The position numbers were made by a program, and so were the translations under genes. Positions 37,177 to 48,505 of a stretch of 64,000 nucleotides of DNA are shown here, one piece after another. The notes under the pieces were generated by a model. It was not told the DNA's origin, ran no database searches, and was given only the letters and a program-made list of their open reading frames with translations. Numbering within the stretch: the stretch's first letter is position 1; each line of letters starts with the position of its first letter. This DNA comes from an uncultured Chthonomonadaceae bacterium (GTDB lineage: Bacteria; Armatimonadota; Chthonomonadetes; Chthonomonadales; Chthonomonadaceae), in assembly GCA_963817895.1 (NCBI GenBank), contig CAWFQB010000003.1:352001-416000 (forward strand), in the 5' to 3' direction.

Positions 37177-39939
37177 TTATGCCTGTGTTTCACGGCAATA
37201 CTGTTCTAAATTTTGGCAGTAATGGCAGGTACAGCCGGGTTGCAGCAACAGCCGGGGCGTTTCGCGCATCACTTCCGCCTGCGCTTCGATGGCGTCCCGG
37301 CAACGCATCACGCGCACAACGTCCTCGCCCAATGGCGTGTCCTGAACGAGTCCGCGCGCATACAATTTCTCATACGCGGGGGCAAAGCGGACGTGCCAGG
37401 GGCAATCGGGAACGAGGACTTCGCGCCGTTCGCCGCCTTCCATAATGGGGCAGATAAAGTCTACGAGCGGCAGTCCAGCCCTGTACTCCCCGACGTGCAT
37501 GATTGTGTTTGTGGTCGGGGGAGAAAATAGCAACACCTTGCCATTCAGATCGGCCAGCCTTCCCAATGGCCCGTCCTGATGAAGCGGCGATTGGGTATGA
37601 GTGTGGCCTGCCAGCAGCGCGGCAGCGTGTTTGCCCGTTGCCGCAAACGAGTGCGTGGGATGTTCACTGCGCAACACGCCCGCCCGCCGCCAGAAGCGAT
37701 CCGTCACCTTGCCCACACGAGACGGGGTTGTTTGCGGGTCATAGGGCGAGCGTCCGAGCCAGGAGAAGGTAAACGTCGGCGTCACGAGCGTTCCGTCCGG
37801 GCCAAGAATTGAAAGCAACGTGTCAATCAGACTATCGGCCCCGCCCTCCACATATCCGAAGCGGCTCAGGGCGAAATGTCCCAACACCACATCGCCCGGC
37901 GCAATTCCCGCCTGCTGAAGCGCGGTTTTGATTTCCGCCTGCGTCAGATACGGGCGCAGGCGAACCATGCCACGCTCCGCAAGAAACCGGAACAGTCGCT
38001 CCAATCGCGCCGTTTCCAGCTTCTCCCCCGTATGACGTTCCAGAATTTCGGCGATTTCCCCGGCTGTTCGTTTGCCGTTGGCGAACATAAGGGCGTTCTG
38101 CGCCCAACCGGGCGCGCCCCATCCGCCCCCAATTTCCAGAACGTTTTGGACATACTCCCGCTCTTCCGCGTTCAAGTCCTCAAAAGCGAGAAAGCCCCGG
38201 AAGGTCTTTACGGGTACGCAGCGGCTTTCAGAAATGAGCGCATCTGTTTCCGATGCTCCGGTATCGAGCAATGCCTCTGTCCGCCCGCATATCCTCGCTG
38301 CCGTTTCCTCGTGAACGCGATCTAACCGCGCCTGAAGCGTGTCCATACGCGCGTGAAAATACTCCTGCGGCAGAAGGCAATCCGTACCCGCCAGATTGTG
38401 CCTGTTCGCGCCCGCAAGTTCCGCGCAGGGGATAAACGACAGGGAGGGAATCAGTGAAACCGGCGAACGCAGCCTTTTGGAATACTGCTCGTAAAGGCTT
38501 GCCATTTGCCGGTGAAGCGTAGAAGTTTGCGAAGTATCGCCCCGCAAACTTCGCGTTGCAATCTCTCCCATGCGGCGATAGGCCTGCTCGGATACCAGTT
38601 CCGACAGCCAGAGCGCTTCCCTTAGTCCGGCGTTTGCGAGAAACGCGGCATACGTGGCGGCAACCCGCGCCATATCCGCCAGCATCCGGCCCGATATTTT
38701 GTCCGGCGTGTCGGTCGCCAGATGGTGCGTGGCGCTGTAGTGGTAGATCGCGGGCGTGGGCGCGCCAATCAGGGGTTCCCCGAAGATGTTGTCAATCATC
38801 TCGGAATCGGTTCGACGCCAGCGGAAAAGCGGATTTGCCTCCCCGGTTCGCGCCAGCAGTTCGGCGGCAAACTCCTCGGCATAGGAGGGCAGCGCGGCAA
38901 AGTTGTCGGCAAGCGCGCAAACGCTTGTCACGCGGTTCTGATCCGTGCCGACCGTATCTATATTCAGTCCGGCGCGGATATTGCGGATTTCCTCTTTGTT
39001 CTGAATCAGGGCGTTGAACCCGCGTACCTCCATCGGCAATAGAACCCGAATACCGCGCTGTAACGGAGGTATTTCCCCGGCCTGAAGCATGGCCTGAATT
39101 GCGCGGCACACTTCCAGCGCGACGGCAACCTGCGAACAGTTGTCATCCGCCCCAAATTCGTCGTAATGCCCGGTCAAAACGATTTCGTCCGGCTCGGTTC
39201 CGGGTAATCGCCCACTCACAACCGGCAAAACGCCGTCATAATGTCGGGACTGCACAAGGGCGTGACAGGTCAGCGTCTGCCCCCTTGCAAGCAAATCGCG
39301 CAGTTCCCGCCCCTGTTCGGGCGACAGGGAGAAACCGAAGCCTTTGTTCGGGGCGTTCCAGAGCGGAATGGTGTAGTTGTGCCACTCGTTGCTTTTGTCC
39401 ACGTCGGGACCGTTTTTGAAGACGCGATGCGAATTGCGGCAGTCGCTTACCAGCCCGACCGCGCCCGCCTGCATTGCCGCCTGACTGATTTCCACGCCGA
39501 TACCGGAAGTCAACACCAATCGGCCTGATACGCGCCCCGGCGTCATGTCCTCCGTTTTGTCGGCGACAATCAGTTCCGCCGTAATTCCTTCGAGTGGCGT
39601 GGGCAGGCTGTACAGCATCAGGCTCACGGGGTTGGCGTGGTAATCGGCTAAAATCGTGTCCGGCGCGTCCGGCCTGCGCAGCGTCAATTGCGCTTCCTGA
39701 ACATCATAAGCGCGGGGCATGATCCAGCCGCCATAACCGGTTTTGCCATCGGCGGGAAATGCAATCAACCGCGCGTCTTCCAGCCCAATGGCTCTCATTT
39801 TGGCGGCGATACACTGCGCTAATCCGTTGATTTTGTCAAAGGAAGACCAGCGCGAAAATGCAAAAAACTCGGCAATATCCGCCTGCATCCGTTCCTCGGA
39901 AAGATGCCCGCGAACCCCGTTCCAAATCGGCGTGTACAT
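37177..39939 (-). CDS. Fusion of M28/DUF4910 aminopeptidase-like domain and AAC(3)-family N-acetyltransferase
   Basis: GHYDEFGADDNCS, NIDTVG, HHLATDTPDKI; then GIAPGDVVLGH..LSRFG, GTLVTPTFT, RSEHPTHSFAATG, NTIMHVGE. Confidence 0.88.
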   Translation of the reverse strand: MYTPIWNGVRGHLSEERMQADIAEFFAFSRWSSFDKINGLAQCIAAKMRAIGLEDARLIAFPADGKTGYGGWIMPRAYDVQEAQLTLRRPDAPDTILADYHANPVSLMLYSLPTPLEGITAELIVADKTEDMTPGRVSGRLVLTSGIGVEISQAAMQAGAVGLVSDCRNSHRVFKNGPDVDKSNEWHNYTIPLWNAPNKGFGFSLSPEQGRELRDLLARGQTLTCHALVQSRHYDGVLPVVSGRLPGTEPDEIVLTGHYDEFGADDNCSQVAVALEVCRAIQAMLQAGEIPPLQRGIRVLLPMEVRGFNALIQNKEEIRNIRAGLNIDTVGTDQNRVTSVCALADNFAALPSYAEEFAAELLARTGEANPLFRWRRTDSEMIDNIFGEPLIGAPTPAIYHYSATHHLATDTPDKISGRMLADMARVAATYAAFLANAGLREALWLSELVSEQAYRRMGEIATRSLRGDTSQTSTLHRQMASLYEQYSKRLRSPVSLIPSLSFIPCAELAGANRHNLAGTDCLLPQEYFHARMDTLQARLDRVHEETAARICGRTEALLDTGASETDALISESRCVPVKTFRGFLAFEDLNAEEREYVQNVLEIGGGWGAPGWAQNALMFANGKRTAGEIAEILERHTGEKLETARLERLFRFLAERGMVRLRPYLTQAEIKTALQQAGIAPGDVVLGHFALSRFGYVEGGADSLIDTLLSILGPDGTLVTPTFTFSWLGRSPYDPQTTPSRVGKVTDRFWRRAGVLRSEHPTHSFAATGKHAAALLAGHTHTQSPLHQDGPLGRLADLNGKVLLFSPPTTNTIMHVGEYRAGLPLVDFICPIMEGGERREVLVPDCPWHVRFAPAYEKLYARGLVQDTPLGEDVVRVMRCRDAIEAQAEVMRETPRLLLQPGCTCHYCQNLEQYCRETQA

Positions 39940-40377
39940 AGAAATATTCCTGAATCGAGCATCAAGGGCCTGTACCCCAAACCTCCGCAGGGGCGCGCTG
40001 CATTACGCCCGCATGAAGCGTCAGGCCAGAAGAATCCAACGCGCAACGCTTTCCCCAATGCGCAAAGCCCCTCCGCAATACTATATCACGAAAGGGCTGC
40101 GAACAGCAAACAACCGGGCAGCCTGTATTTTCGGCGTAAACGCAGAGATTTCCTGAATTTATTTTATAATATCATTTATGTAGACAGGCGCGACATGACC
40201 AACCGGCTCGATGGATAGCGGTCAAATGCAAGCCGCCGTTGTCATAGCGCGTTGCGCGGCAAGGAGAGGGGGCCGTGTCCACAAGTGGACGCCCGGTGAG
40301 TTAAACCTTCGCCTCATGCGGTATAATCAGCCATACGCTTTAACGATTATCGCCACATCAGGAACAACAACCAAACC

Positions 40378-42854
40378 ATGAAAACAGATTTCTCTTATTT
40401 CAATCTCCTGTGCCGAATACGGCTGTATAAGGCTTTGCCGCTTGCGGGAATGGCGCTCTGCGGGTTCGGCATCGTCGGCGCGGCAAACGGGCAGACTTCA
40501 ACTTCCAAAACGGTATCCTACATGACGGCAAAACACTGGTGGCCCGCATCCGTAGACAAAACGCTGGCGCAGGCGGGGAGTAATCGCGCCCAACTGGAAA
40601 CCGCGCTCGGTTCCACGCCCGAAGCGCAGCGCGAGGGGATGCGGTTTCTGATTGAGAACATGCCGGTCACGGACCTGCAAACCCTTCATGCCTCCTATCT
40701 GCTGACTACGGTTGACATGGCTTACGAGGCGCGGGACACGGCCCCGTGGAAAGCGCAGATTTCCAACAATCTCTTCCTCAACGACGTTTTGCCCTACGCC
40801 AGCCTGAACGAAGCGCGGGACGAATCGCGTAAACTGCTGCGCGACAAATCCCTGCCCCTGATTGCGGACTGCAAAACCCCCGCAGAGGCCGCGCACCGCC
40901 TGAACGCCAAACTGTTTCCCCTGCTCAACGCCCGCTACTCGACCGAGCGCAAACGCGCCGACCAAAGCCCGCTGGAAACCATCGCCAGCGGCAAAGCGAC
41001 CTGTTCCGGCCTGTCCATTCTGCTCGTGGACGCCTGCCGCGCCGTTGGCGTTCCCGCCCGCGTTGTCGGCACACCGATGTGGACAAACCTGCGCGGCAAC
41101 CATACATGGGTGGAAATCTGGGACGGCGACTGGCATTTTCTGGGCGCGGCGGAACCGGACGAGCAGGGATTGGATCACGGCTGGTTTACCCACGACGCTT
41201 CGCTTGCCAGAAAAGATATGCCGCAGCACGCCATTTATGCCAGCAGTTTCCAGAAGACCGGACTGGCCTTTCCCCTCGTGTGGGCGGAAAACATTCAGTG
41301 GGTTCCCGCCGTCAACGTTACTGATCGGTACACGAAAGTAGTTTCTGCCGACGCCAGCAAAACCCGGCTGCTTGTCAGGGTTCTGGATGGGGCAGGCAAG
41401 CGCGTGATTGCGCATATCACCCTGCGCGAAGTCGGCAAGCCTGCCATTCTGCTGGACGGCAGCAGCAAGGGCGAAACGGCTGACCTCAACGACATGCCGG
41501 GCGTGGACGTGGTTCGCGTCTGCCCGCCGCGCCATTATGAAGTCACTGCCGAGTACGGCGGCATAACCGCGCATACCACTGTTACCGCCGGTTCGGAAGC
41601 GCAGCAGGTGATTACCGTGCGAACGGACGCGCCCGAATCCGTCAGCCTGATGTTGCCGGACGCGAAGGGATCGGATAAACAGGACAAAAAAGAGCAGGAG
41701 AAAGTCGGCAAAATCGCGCCCCTGCTCGGGACAGATTTGGCGCGGATATTGAGAAGAAAACCAAAGCGCAGAAGAAATTAGTCGGCATGAAGGCGGACAA
41801 AGCCGAGTCGTGAGGCCGCGTGGCAGGCGTACAAAACGTCGCCCGCGTGGAGCAAACTGCGGCAGGAGCTGGAGCAGAAAACCGTTGTCACCCCAACCCG
41901 AACAAGCCCCTATTTATGGCGGCATGTGGGCGAAAAGCCTGCCGATGGGTGGGCATTGGTGATTGCCATGCACGGCGGGGGCAACGCGCCCAAAGCCGTC
42001 AACGACCGCGAATGGCAGTACATGTTCGAGAAATACTACAAGGATCATCCCGAAGCGGGCGGGTATGTGTATCTCGCCCTCCGCGCCCCTAACGACGAGT
42101 GGAACGGCTTTTACGACGACGCGATTTGCCCGCTTGTGGAGCGATTGATACAGCAGTTCGTTCTCTTCGATGATGTCAACCCGGACAAGGTGTACACGCT
42201 TGGCGCGTCGCACGGCGGATACGGCGCGTTTGTCATCGGCCCCAAAATCCCATATCGGTTTGCCGCCGTCCATGCCGCCGCGTCCGCCCCTACCGATGGC
42301 GAAACAATGGGCGAAAACCTGCGCAACGTGCCGTTCACCATTATAACCGGCGCGCAGGACAACGGGTACGGACGCATTGACCGTGACCGCAAGTTTATCG
42401 CGCAGGTGGAAGACGTGGCGTAAGCAGTACGGCGGCTACGACGTTTCTCTCGATTCTCCCGAACGTCGGGCATCTCGTGCCGGATCACGATTTTCTGGCC
42501 GATATGCTCAAGGCAAAGCGCGACGCCTGGCCCAAACAACTCGTGTGGACGCAATCCGACAACGTTCTGAAACGCTTCTACTGGCTGGAAGCGACCGCGC
42601 CCGTCGCGCAGGGACACATCGAAGCAAAGGTAGAGGGCAACACGATCACGCTGAAAGCGCAAAAACAGGAACACATCGCGCTGTGGCTGGATGGCAGCCT
42701 CGTTGATGTCTCCAAACCCGTCACCGTGATTGTCGAAGGCGGCAAAAAGCAGGTGTTCAAGCCCAAACCGTCGCTGGAAACGTTTTGCGAGGGGTTGGAG
42801 CAGACTTCCGACCCGCATCTTTCCGCCCCCGTCCGCATTGAGGTGACACTCTGA
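40378..42854 (+). CDS. Exported transglutaminase-like protein with C-terminal alpha/beta-hydrolase domain (frameshifts; may be two genes)
   Basis: ATCSGLSILLVDACRAVGVPAR..NHTWVEIWD; then MHGGG, YTLGASHGGYG. Confidence 0.8.
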
Positions 42855-43831
42855 TGAACAACAAAGCCGACAGCAAAATAAATCGAAGCGCGTTTTTGCG
42901 CAGCGCGGCGGGAGCGGCGCTGGCGCTGAGTACGGCGAAAGCGAGTGGGGAAGAAAAGGAGAAAAGGAGAAAAGGAGAAGAGGAGATAGAGGACAAAACA
43001 CCGAACACCGAACACCGAACACCGAACACCGACGGGCCTAAAAAAGCCGTGCTTTATGGGATGTTGCCGTCCGGGTTGAGTTTGGAAGATCGGTTCAAAT
43101 TGGCGCGGGATGTGGGCTTTGCGGGCGTGGAAGCGCCGCCGCTTACGGAGCAGGCGGAGTGTGAGAAGATGCGGGCGGGCGCGGAAAAAGCGGGCATTCG
43201 CGTCCATTCCGTGATTTACGGGGGCTGGGATCCGCCGCTCTCTCATCCCGATGCCGATATGCGCAAACGCAGCGTCCAAAACGCGCAGGCCGCGTTGCAG
43301 GGCGCGAAATGGATGGGCGCGGATGACATTCTGCTGGTTCCCGCTGTGGTAGACGCCCGCACACCCTACAGCGAGGCGTGGAACCGGGCGCAGGACGGTA
43401 TCAAACAACTAATTCCCACCGCAGAGAAACTTGATCTGCTAATTTGCGTGGAAGAGGTGTGGAACAACTTCCTGCTCAGTCCGCTGGAGTATGTCCGCTT
43501 CGTAGACAGTTTCAAAAGCCGCCGCGTACAGGCGTATTTCGACGTGGGCAATGTGGTCACGTTCGGCTGGCCGCAGGACTGGATACGGACGTTGGGAAAA
43601 CGCATCCACAAAGTACATTTGAAGGACTACAAGGGCGGGCCGGGACTGTTCGGCGGCAACAAAGGCGGCTTTGTCAACCTGCGCGAAGGCAGCATTGACT
43701 GGCCGGAAGTGCGGCGCGCGTTTGCCGACATTGGCTATACCGGCTATATGACAACGGAACTCGGCGGAGGCGACGAGGCCTATCTGCGTGACGTGAGCGC
43801 AAGAGTAGATAAAATACTCGCAGGCGTCTAA
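42854..43831 (+). CDS. Sugar phosphate isomerase/epimerase (xylose-isomerase-like TIM barrel) with Tat-like signal
   Basis: NRSAFLRSAAGAALA; GFAGVE, EEVWNNFLLSP, FDVGN, VHLKDY, GSIDWPEV. Confidence 0.92.
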   Translation: MNNKADSKINRSAFLRSAAGAALALSTAKASGEEKEKRRKGEEEIEDKTPNTEHRTPNTDGPKKAVLYGMLPSGLSLEDRFKLARDVGFAGVEAPPLTEQAECEKMRAGAEKAGIRVHSVIYGGWDPPLSHPDADMRKRSVQNAQAALQGAKWMGADDILLVPAVVDARTPYSEAWNRAQDGIKQLIPTAEKLDLLICVEEVWNNFLLSPLEYVRFVDSFKSRRVQAYFDVGNVVTFGWPQDWIRTLGKRIHKVHLKDYKGGPGLFGGNKGGFVNLREGSIDWPEVRRAFADIGYTGYMTTELGGGDEAYLRDVSARVDKILAGV

Positions 43832-43866
43832 GCGGCGGGGCAACACGGGGTTACGCGGTTTACGCC

Positions 43867-44538
43867 TTACGGTTTAGCGCGAGCCTCTTGAAGGATGCGC
43901 AACGCTTCGGGCGGTTTATAGCGCTGTCGTCGTTGCGCGTACCGATTTTGAATTTGAAGCGTATACGTTATCCATGCGCCGATTCCTTTGGCGTGGGGAT
44001 CGGCATGGTATTCCAGCAGCAGGCGCGCGGCCTGAACATGGTTCATCCCGGCGGCGTACCCCAATGCGTTCTGATGCTGACTGTCTTCCTGATTGATGTT
44101 GGCGTGATAATCAAGCAGCAGTTGAATGGTAGCGATGTCGCCCCTTTCTGCGGCGGTCATCAGCGGGGTGACGCCGCCTGAATGGTCCGCGTTGGGGTTT
44201 GCGCCCGCCTCGAGCAGAGCGCGAAGGACGCGCTGACTGTTGCCCCTGCTGATTGCAAGGTTGAGCGCGGTACTCCCCTGTTTCCGATACGGGCTTGTGG
44301 GCGGCGTTAAATGCTCCCCAAGCCATTGATTAAACGTGGGAGAATTCGGCAGGGGTTCGTGCGCATTCGGATTTACGCCCCGGCGCAGGTTGGCAAGTAC
44401 GGCCTTTTCGTCTTTGCTTTCGATGTCGTTGATAAATTCCTGTTCGTGGATGTCATGATAAGTAATGCCCAGATAGGCTGTGGAAAGCAGCAGCAGCGCG
44501 CTCAAACCAATGATGTAAGGTATACGGATAACTGCCAT
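43867..44538 (-). CDS. Ankyrin-repeat protein with N-terminal TM (start uncertain)
   Basis: GSTALNLA, LLEAGANPN, GVTPLMTAA, LLDYHANIN. Confidence 0.9.
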   Translation of the reverse strand: MAVIRIPYIIGLSALLLLSTAYLGITYHDIHEQEFINDIESKDEKAVLANLRRGVNPNAHEPLPNSPTFNQWLGEHLTPPTSPYRKQGSTALNLAISRGNSQRVLRALLEAGANPNADHSGGVTPLMTAAERGDIATIQLLLDYHANINQEDSQHQNALGYAAGMNHVQAARLLLEYHADPHAKGIGAWITYTLQIQNRYAQRRQRYKPPEALRILQEARAKP

Positions 44539-44584
44539 GATGCTTGTCACCATTATTTTCACAGGAAGCACGTAGGAATTTATT

Positions 44585-45388
44585 GTGGCACAAAACAGGT
44601 TCATCGTAAAACATCGCTTCATTATTGTCGCGATTCCTCTTGCCCTCTGCCTGCTGATTGCCGCCCTCACCTATCGGCAATATCGGCAGCAGCAGCTTGA
44701 CCACGACTTGATTGCCGCCATCAAGCGCAATGACGTTACCGCCGCGCTTGCCTACCTGCGACGCGGGGCCGATCCCAACGCCCGCGACAGCGCACAATCG
44801 GGAAATGTCTGGCAAATCCTGCGCCGCCTGTTCCTCCATTCCCACGCCAGCGCCGAACAGGGTGAACCCGCGCTCAACATTGCCGTACGAAACCTTACCC
44901 TTGTAAAAAAGCCTGCGGCAAAGCGGCAGGCCGCGATTTCCGGCATTGTTCCCGCGCTTTTGCGGGCGGGGGCTGACCCCAATGTTCCTGACGGGAATGG
45001 GGACACTCCTTTGCTGCAAACAGTGATGTGGGAGCCGCCGGAACTGATACAATGCCTGCTTGACCACAAAGCCAACGCCAACGCCAGAGGGTTCGCAGGC
45101 TCGACCGCGCTGATGCTGGCCGCGCCAAAGGACAGAGACAGCAGCGTGAAACTGCTTCTGGAACACGGCGCGGAAATTAATGCCCGCGCGGATAACGGCA
45201 TGACGCCTCTGATGTACGCGGCGGGAACCGGCGCGGTCAACAACATGCGGCTTCTGCTGCAACATCACGCCGACCCCACTGCCAGAGACAAGCAAGGACT
45301 GACCGCGCAGCAATGGGCGCAGCGTAACAGCGCGCGCCGCGCCGTACAGTTGCTCAATTCCGAACAAACCGCGAAACACGCGAAATAG
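44585..45388 (+). CDS. Ankyrin-repeat protein with N-terminal TM
   Basis: LLRAGADPN, GDTPLL, GSTALMLAA, GMTPLMYAA. Confidence 0.9.
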   Translation: MAQNRFIVKHRFIIVAIPLALCLLIAALTYRQYRQQQLDHDLIAAIKRNDVTAALAYLRRGADPNARDSAQSGNVWQILRRLFLHSHASAEQGEPALNIAVRNLTLVKKPAAKRQAAISGIVPALLRAGADPNVPDGNGDTPLLQTVMWEPPELIQCLLDHKANANARGFAGSTALMLAAPKDRDSSVKLLLEHGAEINARADNGMTPLMYAAGTGAVNNMRLLLQHHADPTARDKQGLTAQQWAQRNSARRAVQLLNSEQTAKHAK

Positions 45389-45556
45389 ACTAATTCTTCT
45401 CCTTTTCTCCTTTTCTCCTTTTCTCCTCTTCTTACTCGCGTTTCGGGTAAAATCGTGCAGGGATTGCGCCCCGCGTTGCCTAAACACAAGCGCGGGAGAT
45501 ACTCTCATTGCGCCCATTGTCGGGCGCGGAATGAAACAACCGAAGGAGATACGAGA

Positions 45557-46623
45557 TTGGCACATAATGTAACCCTGATTCGGGGCGATGGAACCGGGCC
45601 GGAACTGGTCGAAGCGGCAAAGAAGGTGCTGGACGCAACGGGCGTTGGCTTCAACTGGGATGTGGTCGAGGCGGGCGTGGACATCATGGAGACGGCGGGA
45701 ACGCCCCTGCCGAACAACGTGCTGGAAAGCATCCGCAAAAACAAAGTGGCGCTGAAAGGCCCGATCACGACGCCGATCGGAACGGGCTTCCGCTCGGTCA
45801 ATGTCGCGCTGCGCAAGGAACTGGATTTGTACGCCTGCATCCGCCCGTGCAAATACTATCCGGGTATCCGCTCCAAGTATCAGGATGTGGATTTGATTGT
45901 GGTGCGCGAAAACACGGAAGACCTGTACGCGGGCGTGGAATACGACGTTCATTCCGACGAAGCGAAGCAGATTATCGATATGGCGGGCGGCAAAATCCGC
46001 GAGGACGCGGCCATCTCCATCAAGCCGATTTCCGAAACGGGATCGCGCCGGATCATCAAAACCGCGTTCGAGTACGCCCGGCAAGTATGGCCGCAAAAAA
46101 GTGAGCGCGGTCGCCAAAGCCAACATCATGAAGTACACGGACGGCCTGTTCTTCCGCATGTCGGCAGGAAGTGGCGAAGGACTACCCGGAAATCGAGTAT
46201 CAGGAAGTCCTCGTAGACAACATGTGCATGCAGCTCGTGCAGAAGCCGGAACTGTACGATGTGCTGGTAATGGAAAACCTGTACGGCGACATTCTCTCCG
46301 ACCTGTGCGCCGGACTGGTCGGCGGTTTGGGCGTCGCGCCCGGAGCCAACATCGGCGACACGATGGCCCTGTTCGAGCCGACGCACGGCTGCGCGCCCAA
46401 GTACAAGGGCCAGAACAAAGTCAATCCCGTCGCGCTGATTCTGTCCGGTATGCTGATGCTGCGCTATCTGAAAGAGGAAGACGCGGCGGACCGGCTGGAA
46501 AAAGCCATTGCTGCCGTGATTCTGGAAGGCAAGGATGTCACCTACGACATGAAGCCCGACCGCAACGATCCCACCGCTGTCGGCACATCCGAAATGGCGG
46601 ACGCGATTATCGCGAAGTTGTGA
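45557..46623 (+). CDS. icd: Isocitrate dehydrogenase (IDH/IPMDH family; frameshifts near 46085 and 46160)
   Basis: [58 protein letters not shown]; adjacent to mdh. Confidence 0.88.
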
Positions 46624-46657
46624 CCTCAGAGGAAAATCAGAAAGGAGAGAGGCACTC

Positions 46658-47622
46658 ATGCCGAAGAGAAAGTAACGATTGTGGGCGCGGGACAGACGGG
46701 GGCCACGCTGGCCCACTGGCTGGCCCAGCGCGGCGACGTGGATATCGTGCTGTACGACATCGTGGAGGGGATGCCGCAGGGCAAAGCCCTCGATCTGCTG
46801 GAAGCCATGCCGATCATCGGCTCGGACGCCAAGATCACGGGAACGAACGGCTGGAAGGAGACGCAGGACAGCGACATCATCGTGATCACGAGCGGACTGC
46901 CGCGCAAGCCGGGCATGAGCCGCGACGACCTGCTGAAAGTGAACGCGGGCATCGTGGCGGACGTGACCCAAGCGCCGTGCGCCAAGTCGCCCAACGCCAT
47001 TCTGATGCTGCTCACCAATCCGCTCGACGCGATGTGCCATGTCGCGCTGCACGACAGCGGCTTTCCGCCGGAGCGCGTCTTCGGGCAGGCGGGCATTCTG
47101 GATACGGCCCGGTTCCGCGCGTTTCTGGCGATGGAGACCAGAGTAAGCGTCGCGGAAGTCAACGCCTACGTTCTGGGCGGGCATGGCGACGACATGGTTC
47201 CGCTGCTCGGCAGCACGAATATCGGCGGCGTTCCCGTCACCAAAATGATTCAGCCGGACATTTTGGCGGCAATTGTGGAGCGCGCGCGCAAAGGGGGCGG
47301 CGAGATCGTCAGCCTGCTCAAAACCGGCAGCGCGTTCTATGCCCCGTCCGCCGCCCTCGCGCAGATGATCGACGCGGTTCTCAACGACCGCAAGCGTATT
47401 CTGCCCTGCGCGGTCTACACGGGCAACAACGCGGGCAACTACGGCGTCAGCGACCTGTACCTCGGCCTGCCCGCCATCATCGGGCGCAACGGCGTGGAAC
47501 AGATCATTCCCATCGAACTGACCGGCGAAGAGCGCGACGCCCTGCAGAAATCCGCCGCCTCTGTCCGCGAACTGGTCACGGCCCTCAAAGGCTTCGACCC
47601 GCCCATGCTGCCGCAGGACTGA
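46658..47622 (+). CDS. mdh: Malate dehydrogenase (frameshift just after the start)
   Basis: IVGAGQTG, QGKALDL, GLPRKPGMSRDDLL, LDTARF, GGHGDDMVP, GSAFYAP. Confidence 0.95.
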
Positions 47623-47635
47623 GGAAGATAAGAGG

Positions 47636-47692
47636 CACGAGATACGAGATACGAGAAGAGGAACCTCCCCTCTCGTATCTCGTATCTCATCC
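47636..47692. repeat. GAGATAC heptamer inverted-repeat element
   Basis: CACGAGATACGAGATACGA...CTCGTATCTCGTATCTC. Confidence 0.85.
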
Positions 47693-48433
47693 CTTCCTCA
47701 CGTACCACTCCGCGCACGCCTGCCCGTCTTTGCCGACGAAAAAGCCGATTTCATCCTTTACGGGGTCAATCACGAGGGCGATTTGCCAGTCGGCGCAGAA
47801 GATTTCCTCCTGCGTGTCTAAATCGGTTTGGGACAGAAAAACGCCCATGTTCGGGTGGGAGTGGTAGGAGCCGATCACCGTCCAATCGACGGGCATCTGC
47901 TGGAGTTGAGGCGCTAATGTTCGCCATGAGGCGGTAGTATAGCCGAAGAAGGTGGGGGTTTCAATGCCGTCGGGCGCGGGCAGGGCGTCGTGAATCAGCA
48001 GGAGGTACGAGCGCAAAAGGGGGTCGTAAAACGCCTGTCCGAGCAGCAGCCCGCCCTGTTCCACCTCCACATTGCCGCGCAAATGCGCCTGCGTTTTCTC
48101 TAAAGCCGCGCGATTGACAAAAATGTACGATTGTTGCGGCAAAATAGCGGGCAAACGCGCCAATCCAAGCGTTGGCGCGAACTCTGCGGCGGTAATCTCC
48201 GTCGGCGCGTACACATCCGCGCTCTCCTGCCACACAATATCCCCGGCTGTATCGGAAGCAAGCGCGGCAGTGGAAGAAATCCCGGCGACAGGCGCAGAAG
48301 CAGTTTCCTGTACTGTCTGTACCGCGTTCTCGGCAGGCTTGCCGGAAGTGGATACCAGCCGCGCAATACCGGCCGCCAGCAGCGCCACGCCGCCGAAACT
48401 CCCCAGTATCAAAGCCAAGTCCATACCGTTCAT
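47687..48433 (-). CDS. JAB/MPN+ (JAMM) metallopeptidase with N-terminal TM helix
   Basis: VEQGGLLLG and VIGSYHSHPNMGVFLSQTD (E...HxH-x7-S-xx-D), ALVIDP. Confidence 0.93.
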   Translation of the reverse strand: MNGMDLALILGSFGGVALLAAGIARLVSTSGKPAENAVQTVQETASAPVAGISSTAALASDTAGDIVWQESADVYAPTEITAAEFAPTLGLARLPAILPQQSYIFVNRAALEKTQAHLRGNVEVEQGGLLLGQAFYDPLLRSYLLLIHDALPAPDGIETPTFFGYTTASWRTLAPQLQQMPVDWTVIGSYHSHPNMGVFLSQTDLDTQEEIFCADWQIALVIDPVKDEIGFFVGKDGQACAEWYVRKG

Positions 48434-48505
48434 CCTTTAGGAAGGAGTAAGGGATAAGAACGAGAGTCAGGAAGTTCCTCCCTAACAACCTGACAACTTA
48501 TAAAC

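Noticed and set aside
37177..37950. Bona fide aminoglycoside resistance gene
   Set aside because: Only family-level similarity, fused to a peptidase-like domain, with no mobile context
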